Shown here piece by piece: positions 55,352-63,828 of a DNA stretch of 63,828 nt (its first letter is position 1; each line of letters starts with the position of its first letter). Under the pieces are notes generated by a model. The model ran no database searches. It was not told where the DNA came from and saw only the letters and a list, made by a program, of their open reading frames with translations. The translations under genes and the position numbers were made by a program. The DNA comes from a virus (Duplodnaviria; Caudoviricetes), in IMG/VR virus record IMGVR_UViG_3300015370_000015, positions 1 to 63,828 of that record; one strand, 5' to 3'.

Positions 55352-56131
55352 TTATGATGAAATTAATTTAATATCACTTGGCTCCATATTTATCATTGTA
55401 CCATGACTACTATTTGTACTATTGTCATTAATTGTAGGATAAGTATCACCATCGCCCATTCGCCACCATGCACACAAATTTGCTGCCATTGATAAATCAA
55501 GCAAATGGGTTGGATCACCTCCATTGTATATTTCAGAAACTTCATCAGAGTTTAATAATTTATTCCAAATTGAAATTTCATCAAGCTCACCTTGGTAAAA
55601 ACGATTAGTAACTTGTTTCCCAATTTTAACCGTTGTTGCAGGAAGAAGAATAGAGGAATCAAGACCATTAATCTGTATTGTGCGTGATGCTAATGCGCCA
55701 TCAACATAAAAATTTATACCATTACCAGATTGGTTTCCATTATATGTTGTTACTAAATGGTGCCAAGTACCATCACTAACTTCGCCATTACATTTACATG
55801 CAATCTTAGTACCATTTGATCCTATTAAACGCAAAGCCACTTTCCCTGCACCATAATCAAAATTCAACATCCAACCAGCACCATCAACATAATTAGTGCT
55901 TGTTGTTTTAGCAATTATGGTAGCCTCCACAGTTTCAATAGAATTTTTTAATAATAATGAAATACTAAATGAATCAGTACCTTCAAACCCTAACTCAGAA
56001 GCTACACCACAATCTATATATTCATCAATGCCATCAAATTGTATGCTTTTAGCGCTATACAACGATTGCATAGCTAATGGATCAATTAAGCCTAAATTAC
56101 CAGCTATTCTATCTCGTCTTGATGCGTACAT
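55352..56131 (-). CDS. LamG/concanavalin-A-like lectin domain protein
   Basis: FDGIDEY, DGTWHHLV.TY, G.LDEISIWN and WWRMGD. Confidence 0.85.
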   Translation of the reverse strand: MYASRRDRIAGNLGLIDPLAMQSLYSAKSIQFDGIDEYIDCGVASELGFEGTDSFSISLLLKNSIETVEATIIAKTTSTNYVDGAGWMLNFDYGAGKVALRLIGSNGTKIACKCNGEVSDGTWHHLVTTYNGNQSGNGINFYVDGALASRTIQINGLDSSILLPATTVKIGKQVTNRFYQGELDEISIWNKLLNSDEVSEIYNGGDPTHLLDLSMAANLCAWWRMGDGDTYPTINDNSTNSSHGTMINMEPSDIKLISS

Positions 56132-56236
56132 AACATTGTACCCCTATTTATATATTGGTATTTATTTAGATTATTTGTAGCCATTATATTATATACAGAT
56201 AAATTAACAATAATTCTCAACTAATAAAACATTAAA

Positions 56237-57016
56237 TTAAGGGACATCAGACACTATATCCGCTAAATCCATATTAATTGTAAGACCGTGTTTCGTGTTG
56301 CCCGAATTGTCTAAAATTGCTGGGTAAGAATCTTCATCACCACAACGCCACCAACTTATTAAGTTAGCTGCTGCGCTATGCAAATTTAAAGCTACTGGTG
56401 TACCACTGTTATATAATGAAGATAATTCACCAGAAGTTAAAACTTTATTCCACACAGCAGCTTCATCTAGCCCACCACTCCAAAATGCAGCTGCCCCATC
56501 ATTAGCACCTAAGCAAAAATCTGTAATAGCCAATGATTCAATGTCACCAGTCAAATTATCTTTTACCACGGCGCGATCAGTTTCTACATTATCTAAATAC
56601 ATATGCATGCCAGCAGCAGTTGAACTACCGTCATATGTCATAGCTGCCAAATGCCATGCACCATTATTATAAACACCTGGAGATGCAGCAAAATTAACTT
56701 GTGTACCATTTGTTGTAGAACTAGCTAAAACAAAAACAAATACTGCAGAAGCTGGCGCATAACTTACTGAATAGCCTCTTGTTGTGCCAGATGATAAGCG
56801 CGCAGATATTAAAGTTCGCCCACCACCACTAGCAACAACAGTTTTAAACCACACAGCCAAACTGAAAGCATCTGTGCGAGCAAATTTATGAATATTGCCC
56901 ATATTAACAAATTCATCAACACCATCAAACACTAATGATAAAGAATTGGTAAAAGCTGATGAAGTAGAATTACGATCAATCAACCCTGTATTTCTATCTC
57001 TTCTAGTAGCATACAT
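56237..57016 (-). CDS. LamG/concanavalin-A-like lectin domain protein
   Basis: FDGVDEF, FS.AVWFK, WH....TYDGS, LDE.AVWN and WWRCGD. The likely start is ATG 57016 (track start 57031). Confidence 0.85.
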   Translation of the reverse strand: MYATRRDRNTGLIDRNSTSSAFTNSLSLVFDGVDEFVNMGNIHKFARTDAFSLAVWFKTVVASGGGRTLISARLSSGTTRGYSVSYAPASAVFVFVLASSTTNGTQVNFAASPGVYNNGAWHLAAMTYDGSSTAAGMHMYLDNVETDRAVVKDNLTGDIESLAITDFCLGANDGAAAFWSGGLDEAAVWNKVLTSGELSSLYNSGTPVALNLHSAAANLISWWRCGDEDSYPAILDNSGNTKHGLTINMDLADIVSDVP

Positions 57017-57038
57017 TTTAAATTCCCTCACTAGTTAC

Positions 57039-57383
57039 TTACGTAATTCTATTAACAAATCCTACCACATTAACAACATTAGTTGTTGCGGAAAATGCTT
57101 TCACAACCAAAGAATTTGTTAATAATAGTCCCGGCAATACCAAAACTAAACCTGATTCAGCTGGAATGCCAACTTCAATTTGATCATCAGGATCTGATGT
57201 ACCGCCTAATTCAATGGTGAGTTTTTTAGAAGTTGACGCCGTATTACTAGCCCATAACCATATTTCATCAGTAGATGAAGCATGTGCAGTATGCACAGTA
57301 GTACCAGCAGACCCAGTTGCTGCTATTAAAATTGGACGTCCATCTGTACAAGCGCTTAAAAGTTGTTTTGTAAATGTAGCCAT
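57039..57383 (-). CDS. small beta-sandwich virion protein
   Basis: 114 aa with DEIWLWA.N, LTIELGG, IPAESGL.L..PGL.L and G.VNRIT. Confidence 0.7.
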   Translation of the reverse strand: MATFTKQLLSACTDGRPILIAATGSAGTTVHTAHASSTDEIWLWASNTASTSKKLTIELGGTSDPDDQIEVGIPAESGLVLVLPGLLLTNSLVVKAFSATTNVVNVVGFVNRIT

Positions 57384-57395
57384 ATTGTTTCCCTC

Positions 57396-57941
57396 TTAAG
57401 TAAATATTTGTGTAGCCAATATATTATTGGCATCATCAACCGCAGTGCCACCACCTACCATATTATCCAAAGTGTCCAAAGCCTTTTGAACAGTATCATC
57501 AGCAGAAGAAAGATTGTTATCAAAATTAGTTGTACTAACTGTTACTTCTGTTCCTAAATGGGTATGACCTATCAATGAAGAACTTTGTGCAGAATCATAT
57601 ACTGTCATCCATTCTATATCACCAGTTAGTGGTGAAGATACATTGATTGTAAAACTCCCAGATGCTTTATCAGTAACCCAAGTTGATATACTTTCTTGTG
57701 CTGCCAACATAACAGTGTAATCAGTTCCAGAATATGCTTCTGTAAATGTAACCAATGATGTATAAGTAGAACTAAAAGTTGTTCTGCCAATTTTAAATCT
57801 CGCACCATCCATTTTACTATCAGCATATGCCTTTGTTGCTGCATGATTATCAGATACTGGAGTTGCTACAGTAGTAATGCCTGATTCCGCATCTAATGTG
57901 CCACTTACAGAAATAAGAATGTCGTTTGCTCTAAAAGCCAT
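57396..57941 (-). CDS. fibre base protein (MxFRA family) with H-type-lectin/gp53-like C-domain
   Basis: MAFRANDI, HAATKAYAD, DY.V.L......WV..K....F.I.......IEW. Ends DDANNILATQIFT. Confidence 0.7.
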   Translation of the reverse strand: MAFRANDILISVSGTLDAESGITTVATPVSDNHAATKAYADSKMDGARFKIGRTTFSSTYTSLVTFTEAYSGTDYTVMLAAQESISTWVTDKASGSFTINVSSPLTGDIEWMTVYDSAQSSSLIGHTHLGTEVTVSTTNFDNNLSSADDTVQKALDTLDNMVGGGTAVDDANNILATQIFT

Positions 57942-57981
57942 TGTGATCCCCTCATATTTTCAATTGAAAATAAACTAAAAA
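57480..57981. repeat. ~500-bp direct repeat, copy 2
   Basis: Near-identical to 53719..54220. Confidence 0.9.
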
Positions 57982-58095
57982 AAACGAAGAATAGAAGACA
58001 AATTTTTAAATAAAATTGAAAATCCATCCATAGTGAGCCCTAACTAAATTATTTTTACATTTCACCAATAATTACTATTCTTAAAAATTCACTTA

Positions 58096-58135
58096 AAATG
58101 GACCACTATGAACCTAAATCCATAGTGGTCCATTT
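58096..58135 (-). terminator. 15-bp perfect inverted repeat / terminator after the 576-aa fibre gene
   Basis: AAATGGACCACTATG-10 nt-CATAGTGGTCCATTT, 11 nt downstream of the stop at 58147. Confidence 0.75.
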
Positions 58136-58146
58136 AGATTAATGAA

Positions 58147-59877
58147 TTATAAGTGTTTAAGTGCCATCCAGTGAATGTTTTTACCAACAGCTAAACTATC
58201 TGAAAAACTAAATGTGACAGTTGTTGCATCTTTTTGCGAAACCCACACATTGACATTATCATCAGAAATAGCTGTTGCAGTATAATTAGCTGTTCCAAGA
58301 CCATGAGTTACTGCATAAGAAGAAATAGCAGACCCTGCAACTGTGTATGTTGAACCTGTGATCCTATCACCCTCAACAGCTGTTGATGCAACTTTGCCAT
58401 AAGAAACTGACATAACACCAGCAGTACCAGCAAGCCCAGTTCCAACCGTTGCATTAACTATATCCGCCCATGATTCTTTCTTTGTGCTACTATCAGTAGC
58501 ATCAATAATAACCAATGAATCAGTGTCAACAGCAATAGTAGCAGCTTCTAAATTATTTAAATCTAAACGTAAATAATCGTTATCTAGATCTAATCCACCT
58601 GTTGCGCTAAGATTAATTTGCAAGTTATCACTGCCATCATCTACTAACCCAGCGCCAGCAAAATCAGCTGGTTCAATATCTAATACCCAAGCATTAGCCC
58701 CAGCTTTTAAACCATCACCCGCTACTTCTGATGCTGCTACATCAACACCAACAAGCGCAGTGCCATTATATGAGAAAGTACCAATCCCATTGCCGCCTGT
58801 TAAAGCATTTGTCAAACCATTAGTATCAATTGAAGTCGAAACATAATTATAAAGCTGTAGCATTGTATGATATTTTAATTCATTGCTATCGCTAATATCA
58901 TTAAAAAGTACTCTATCAGTATCTGCCAGAGCTTCAGTCGCTGCCGTAGCATTCATTGCTGTTACAGCTAAATAATCATTATCAAGTTCTAATCCGCCAG
59001 TCGCACTAAGATTAATATCTAAATTTGCAGAACCATCAGCAACCAAACCATTACCAGCTATATCAGCTATATCCAAGCCAACACCATTTACTGTAACATT
59101 AACAGCTTGAATATTTGCGCCAGTAGTTGTATCTGGGTTAACTGATAAAACAGAACCAGCACCACCAGCAATACCATTACCTTGTGCGGCAAGACGTAAA
59201 CCTGTACTAACTTCTAAACCTGTACTAGCATTAACTTGTATGTCATTTGCATTAATTGTTAAAGAAGTATCAGTACATGCAGTGAAAATAGTATTCCCTG
59301 TTTTGTCTAAGCCAGCGCCAGCCTCAACTTGCCCAGCACCCGAAAACTGTGCCCATGAAATAACTGTTGTTCCCATAGTAACTGTGTTATCACTTGTACA
59401 TACAAACCCAGCATCACCATTGGTATCGCCTTCTTCTACAAAAGCGAAAGAAGCAGCAATTTCATCTGCTTCATTATTATCAGTAGCACGCGTTAAAATA
59501 AAAGGATTGGAAGCGTCACCAAGCTGTGTTATTAAATAAATACCATTTTGTAGTCCAGCACTCTGATTTTTAACCAATAATCGCTCGCCTTGCGCAAGAT
59601 CAGCAATGGTATCTATCGTACCCAAAGCGCCACTTGCATCACCTGTTAATGTAGCACCTACACCACTAGCGCCATTATCATATGTACAAGCTGATAATGC
59701 AGCAGTAGTAGCAACCCGAACTGAACTCTTGACTGATAGCCCTTGCGCCACGCTATCAACATAAGCCTTAGTCGCAACATGCGTATTTTCTGTGATGAGA
59801 GCAAGATCCGCTGTTACTGTAATTAAACCAGAAAATAAAGCACTTGAACCAGTAATTTGATCTGCACGAAAACCCAT
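58147..59877 (-). CDS. fibre / head decoration protein (MxFRA family)
   Basis: MGFRADQI, ATKAYVD...GL..K..VRVATT, GERLLVKNQ....QNGIY and LTRATD. Followed by AG.GL fibre repeats and a duplicated AG.GL.DG..NL.INLSATGGL.LDNDYL. Confidence 0.75.
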   Translation of the reverse strand: MGFRADQITGSSALFSGLITVTADLALITENTHVATKAYVDSVAQGLSVKSSVRVATTAALSACTYDNGASGVGATLTGDASGALGTIDTIADLAQGERLLVKNQSAGLQNGIYLITQLGDASNPFILTRATDNNEADEIAASFAFVEEGDTNGDAGFVCTSDNTVTMGTTVISWAQFSGAGQVEAGAGLDKTGNTIFTACTDTSLTINANDIQVNASTGLEVSTGLRLAAQGNGIAGGAGSVLSVNPDTTTGANIQAVNVTVNGVGLDIADIAGNGLVADGSANLDINLSATGGLELDNDYLAVTAMNATAATEALADTDRVLFNDISDSNELKYHTMLQLYNYVSTSIDTNGLTNALTGGNGIGTFSYNGTALVGVDVAASEVAGDGLKAGANAWVLDIEPADFAGAGLVDDGSDNLQINLSATGGLDLDNDYLRLDLNNLEAATIAVDTDSLVIIDATDSSTKKESWADIVNATVGTGLAGTAGVMSVSYGKVASTAVEGDRITGSTYTVAGSAISSYAVTHGLGTANYTATAISDDNVNVWVSQKDATTVTFSFSDSLAVGKNIHWMALKHL

Positions 59878-59914
59878 TTTAAGTATCCTCCGTTAAAAAC
59901 ATATTATAGCTAAA

Positions 59915-60208
59915 TCAATCATGTATAGCTATCCAATGTATACTTATTCTTTTGTCAACATCAGGTGCCATTGAAACACCAATCTCAAACCCACTTTTTT
60001 CTGTAGATGTTACATAACAAGCTACGTTCACAAATTCCTCAGAATCAACAATCATGGCAGGAGTTAAAGAAATTGAATAATTTGTATCTTCCCATTCATT
60101 CGGAAATGTAACACCTACTGTTGAATTAGGCCCAATTAAAACTTCTCTGCCATGATATATCCTATGTCCGCTTTGAAACGGATAAGCAAACTTGCTCGGA
60201 AAACCCAT
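59915..60208 (-). CDS. H-type-lectin/gp53-like small domain protein
   Basis: VTFP......Y.ISLT...GF.I.......IHWIAI. Late motif upstream. Confidence 0.6.
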   Translation of the reverse strand: MGFPSKFAYPFQSGHRIYHGREVLIGPNSTVGVTFPNEWEDTNYSISLTPAMIVDSEEFVNVACYVTSTEKSGFEIGVSMAPDVDKRISIHWIAIHD

Positions 60209-60313
60209 TTAATACTCCAACACATTTGTAATATTATTGGGTCTAACGTTAATTAGTAGTTCTAATAACATTTTGACCAAAATTTAACAATAACAACACC
60301 TTATATAACTTTA

Positions 60314-60490
60314 TTAATCTATAATATATCTATACCTAAAATAGTTAGATGTTAAATTGTTTGCTTGTTCGTTGAAACTGCCAGCCAAGCAAAATGCTGC
60401 ATCAACAACTCTATTCAAAGAAAGGGTATAAACAACATCATGTTTTCCATGAAAAAGGTCTTCAATGATTGGAAGAAGGAAATAAGCCAT
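60314..60490 (-). CDS. possible small protein (58 aa)
   Basis: Not in the track. MAYFLLPIIEDLFHGKHDVVYTLSLNRVVDAAFCLAGSFNEQANNLTSNYFRYRYIID fills the gap after the large fibre gene. Confidence 0.4.
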   Translation of the reverse strand: MAYFLLPIIEDLFHGKHDVVYTLSLNRVVDAAFCLAGSFNEQANNLTSNYFRYRYIID

Positions 60491-60505
60491 TTCATAAAAA
60501 ACCCT

Positions 60506-63500
60506 TTAAAGAATGAACAAGTTGCTGCCATCGGAATACACAGACACACTTGAACTATCAACATTAATTAAAAAACTTGCTTGATTATCAATTAATTCTG
60601 CGCCTTCTGTTAAGATCGTAATGTTGTTGGCTGTAGAATTAAAGCCTGCATCTTTAATGTGAAATTCGCGACCCTCTATTGCAATAATGGAGCTTGGTAT
60701 TGTTATTTGACAAGTACCAGTTGATGTTCTAATTACACTCAATATATAATCAGCTGTAGCCATATCATAAGTTGCATCATTCACTGTTGTAACTTTTTTT
60801 ATTAGTCCCGCATTAAATGATACTGCTCCAGAGAAATAAGCAGAGCCAGTGAATTGGTGTGTGTGAGAATCTAATTCACCATGTATGGAATTGCCTCTTG
60901 ATTCTAAAAGGGAACCAGAATGAAAAAAGGAGCCAGTGCTTAAAAATGAACCAGTAAGGGCAAGAGTATTTGAGTAATAATCAAAATTTAAAGTATTGCT
61001 ACCACTTATGAAACTTCCAGAATCAAACAATAGGTTTTGATTGGAAGACAAATCAGATGTAAATAAGCTAGCCGAATGATATTTTATGTTATTGCCAGTA
61101 ATTGTGCTATCGTCAATTAAATGTAATGTTCCTACAACTACGTTCGAATCATTGAATACGATATTACCACTTATTATTGAATCACCTATTACGTTTGGTT
61201 CATTAGCAGGTGCTGTATTATTAATAAAAAGAGCATTGCCACTTGAATTATAATTGTATATTTTTGTTGTATCTAGTGTAATTTCGCCAGTATTATTAAA
61301 AATAGTGTGATTCGAGCTATTATTGGCAATAATATAACCTGAGATATATGCTGCTCCACCATTTCTATGTCTTATTGCGTGGTTATTTGATGTTTGAAAT
61401 ATGCCTTCAGAAAATGTTAAAATGTCACCAGCCTCTGCAAATATATCTACTGCTATAGCATCTGGTGTAGGACCATTGGCAGGCAGCGCCACAACACCAC
61501 GACCAGCAAAACCACCACTTAATATTAAAGTACCATAGGTAGTAACATCCTTCATCCATGTATGCGTTGTATCCACATTAATGTTACCCAAGACAAACAT
61601 ATTAAAAACTGAAAGTGTTTGATCATCCCCAATTATATCCAAAGAGCCCAAAATGCCAGTCATACCAGGAGATACCCCAACTAAACTAGCACTAGTTAAT
61701 GTAACATTTTCTGCATAATAGCCAGGAGCAACATGTATTACTCCACTTGTTCCCAAACTTAAACCAGCAATCGAAGACGAAATATCATCTGCTGCATCTT
61801 GAATAGTTTTAAATGGCCAATCTATTGTACCATTAGGTACATAATCATCGCTGCGATTACGATCAACAAATTTTACAAATGTAGTATTGTTTTCGGGACC
61901 AACGGCAAGTGGTGTCCAAACACTACCAGAAGGAGTTGAGCTATTTATATACCAATTGTTAGTGTTAGCATCATTTATTAAATCACCCAAACGACCTACA
62001 GCAAGACTTTGAGGATTACCATTATAGCTATGAGCAAAAGTAAATGGCTTCCAATCAACATTATCAGATGGACCAAAATTAAAATATGGTCGCCCATATC
62101 CTAATGCACTATATTCCAATGGTGTTTCAGTTAAGTCAGTACCTTGAATGCAATAAATTGAACCAGCTTCATAATCTTCACCATTGCCTGGAATTTCACT
62201 TAAAACAACAGATGAACCAATAGATGGCATTGATGAATGCAATTTACCAAAACGAATTTTTGCAATATCAGTATTAACTCTAGTTTCCGATCCTGTTAAT
62301 TCATATCTTCCATTAGTAGAAAAAATTCCTCTTCTTATTGTAGATGCAGCCTGTATCCTCAAAGCCGGATCACCATCATTTGCTACTCTAATATAAGAAG
62401 CATTATCAAGGGCCAACCAACCTGTTGGAACATCGACAACAAAAACACTACTATTGTTGGATTCTAGAATCGTATCAGAACACTCAGTGAGAACATTAGA
62501 ATTAACTATTAAAGCAGAATCAGCTTCAGATTCTAGAACACATTTTTCAAAAACTACTTCTGCGTCATCTTGAATAACAACGGTTTTCCCATCTGATTTA
62601 ATATTAGTATAAGATATTTCAACTAATGCATCTTTTTGAATCAAAATACCATCACCAGTACCAACCATTTGGCTGTTATCAATATTAGTAGTTCCACCTT
62701 GTATATGAGCAATCCGCCCAGAAAAAGCATCTGTTGACTTAAAATTAATAATTTTAACTATTGTAGCGCTTCCAGATTGTCTTAATAGTTCTCCACCTAA
62801 TGGAAATTCTATGCTTGTGTTTGAATCTAAATTAATAAAAGCATCGGTGTTACTAGCCGTTACAGACAATAAGACAGTACTAACTACTTCAGAAAAAAAT
62901 TGTAAATTACTTCCTATTAAAACACTATTATCATTAGCTTGCACTCCCACATTACTATAATTAATAGACATTCCCCGAGCTACCATTGCACTAAAATAAT
63001 CAGGGTTTTCTTTCAAATAGATAGCGTTTGAATTAGATGTGCCGTATATTGAAGTGTCATCAAAAGCTGAAACTACCCCTCCACTAATAATCAAACCATC
63101 AGCTTCACTATTAGGTTGTTGTGCTGCAACGACGCCAGCCAAAGAAACATAAACTAATCGGCCAGCACCATTTGACAATACTTTAATTCCAGCTTCACCC
63201 GATCCCGAACCAGCACACAATACATTTTTAATAAAAATATTGCCATAGCCAAAAGAAGGCCCACCATCAGGGTCTTCAATGATTGTTAAAGCTGTTCCAT
63301 TTGCTGGTAAAATAGTTACACCATTTCTTCCATAAAGGTGTCTATTGTCACGCATATAAACATTTTCTTCATAAACACCAGGGTGAACAACAATAACATC
63401 ACTTACTGAACTAGCAGAAATAGCAGCATCAATTGTTAAATAACCATTTAAAGTTGGGTTGGAATCATCACCGTTTTTAGAAACATGAACTTCATTGCCA

Positions 63501-63826
63501 TAATTGACATAAGGTAAATTCGTTAAGTTCCCACCATTACCATAAAAGGCACTTGCTGAAATATTTAGACTTGCAGACAGATTGCCAAGTATTTCCAAAG
63601 AGCCAGTAAATTGATGCAAATGAGAAGCTATTTCACCATAAATTGAATTGCCTCTTGATTCAAACAATGAACCAGAATGAAAAGTTGAGCCAGTATGTTC
63701 AATTAAACCAATAAATTGGTGCCCATGCGATAATAACTCACCATGACTTGAATCACCCTTTACTTCAAACGATGAACCAGAATGAAGGGTTGAGCCAGTA
63801 TGTTCAATTGAACCAATAAATTGGTG
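60506..63826 (-). CDS. large fibre/tailspike-like protein with two parallel beta-helix (pectin-lyase-like) regions, 5'-truncated by the window end
   Basis: The frame stays open from 63667 to the window edge. Two beta-helix entry motifs (YLTIDAAI...VIVVHPGVYEENV and PFKTIQDA...VIHVAPGYYAENV) plus S-H-x-H-Q-F repeats. Confidence 0.8.
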   Translation of the reverse strand, partial: HQFIGSIEHTGSTLHSGSSFEVKGDSSHGELLSHGHQFIGLIEHTGSTFHSGSLFESRGNSIYGEIASHLHQFTGSLEILGNLSASLNISASAFYGNGGNLTNLPYVNYGNEVHVSKNGDDSNPTLNGYLTIDAAISASSVSDVIVVHPGVYEENVYMRDNRHLYGRNGVTILPANGTALTIIEDPDGGPSFGYGNIFIKNVLCAGSGSGEAGIKVLSNGAGRLVYVSLAGVVAAQQPNSEADGLIISGGVVSAFDDTSIYGTSNSNAIYLKENPDYFSAMVARGMSINYSNVGVQANDNSVLIGSNLQFFSEVVSTVLLSVTASNTDAFINLDSNTSIEFPLGGELLRQSGSATIVKIINFKSTDAFSGRIAHIQGGTTNIDNSQMVGTGDGILIQKDALVEISYTNIKSDGKTVVIQDDAEVVFEKCVLESEADSALIVNSNVLTECSDTILESNNSSVFVVDVPTGWLALDNASYIRVANDGDPALRIQAASTIRRGIFSTNGRYELTGSETRVNTDIAKIRFGKLHSSMPSIGSSVVLSEIPGNGEDYEAGSIYCIQGTDLTETPLEYSALGYGRPYFNFGPSDNVDWKPFTFAHSYNGNPQSLAVGRLGDLINDANTNNWYINSSTPSGSVWTPLAVGPENNTTFVKFVDRNRSDDYVPNGTIDWPFKTIQDAADDISSSIAGLSLGTSGVIHVAPGYYAENVTLTSASLVGVSPGMTGILGSLDIIGDDQTLSVFNMFVLGNINVDTTHTWMKDVTTYGTLILSGGFAGRGVVALPANGPTPDAIAVDIFAEAGDILTFSEGIFQTSNNHAIRHRNGGAAYISGYIIANNSSNHTIFNNTGEITLDTTKIYNYNSSGNALFINNTAPANEPNVIGDSIISGNIVFNDSNVVVGTLHLIDDSTITGNNIKYHSASLFTSDLSSNQNLLFDSGSFISGSNTLNFDYYSNTLALTGSFLSTGSFFHSGSLLESRGNSIHGELDSHTHQFTGSAYFSGAVSFNAGLIKKVTTVNDATYDMATADYILSVIRTSTGTCQITIPSSIIAIEGREFHIKDAGFNSTANNITILTEGAELIDNQASFLINVDSSSVSVYSDGSNLFIL

Positions 63827-63828
63827 CC
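63600..63828. repeat. 105-bp (35-aa) His-rich tandem repeat
   Basis: HQFIGSIEHTGSTLHSGSSFEVKGDSSHGELLSHG / HQFIGLIEHTGSTFHSGSLFESRGNSIYGEIASHL / HQFTGS. A further copy lies near 60845-60955. Confidence 0.85.

Noticed and set aside
53719-57981. Diversity-generating retroelement (TR/VR pair) or invertase shufflon
   Set aside because: The repeats are direct, both are coding N-terminal regions, and the differences I inspected are not adenine-specific. No reverse transcriptase or site-specific recombinase is in the window.
1-63828. Alternative genetic code (TAG/TGA reassignment, as in some large phages)
   Set aside because: Conserved genes are full length in the standard code, TAG and TGA terminate genes at expected positions, and no suppressor tRNA was seen.

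Overview
This window is an AT-rich (roughly one-third GC by eye), densely coding segment of a large lytic myovirus with T4-like (Tevenvirinae-superfamily-style) virion genes. It uses the standard genetic code, and almost every gene is on the minus strand. In the direction of transcription (right to left) it holds five blocks. (1) A 16-kb array of fibre/appendage genes with internal duplications (LamG, beta-helix and H-x-H fibre repeats). (2) Scaffold, gp23-like major capsid protein, a free-standing GIY-YIG endonuclease and a small plus-strand tRNA island. (3) Neck, terminator, sheath, tube, gp26/gp51-like chaperone with a probable programmed frameshift, tape measure and baseplate genes. (4) A replication and nucleotide module: minimal PolA, tubulin/FtsZ-like protein, gp32-like SSB, RecA/UvsX, two tRNAs, flap/5'-3' exonuclease, DnaB-like helicase, class II RNR, GroES-like protein, DnaE with a mini-intein, dUTPase and IMPDH. 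(5) A late lysis/chaperone block (amidase endolysin, GroEL), followed by small hypothetical genes and Hsp20. A conserved ACTAnTTA motif precedes the structural and lysis genes (candidate late promoter), whereas sigma70-type promoters precede the replication and accessory genes. All product calls come from motif recognition by eye; no database search was run.
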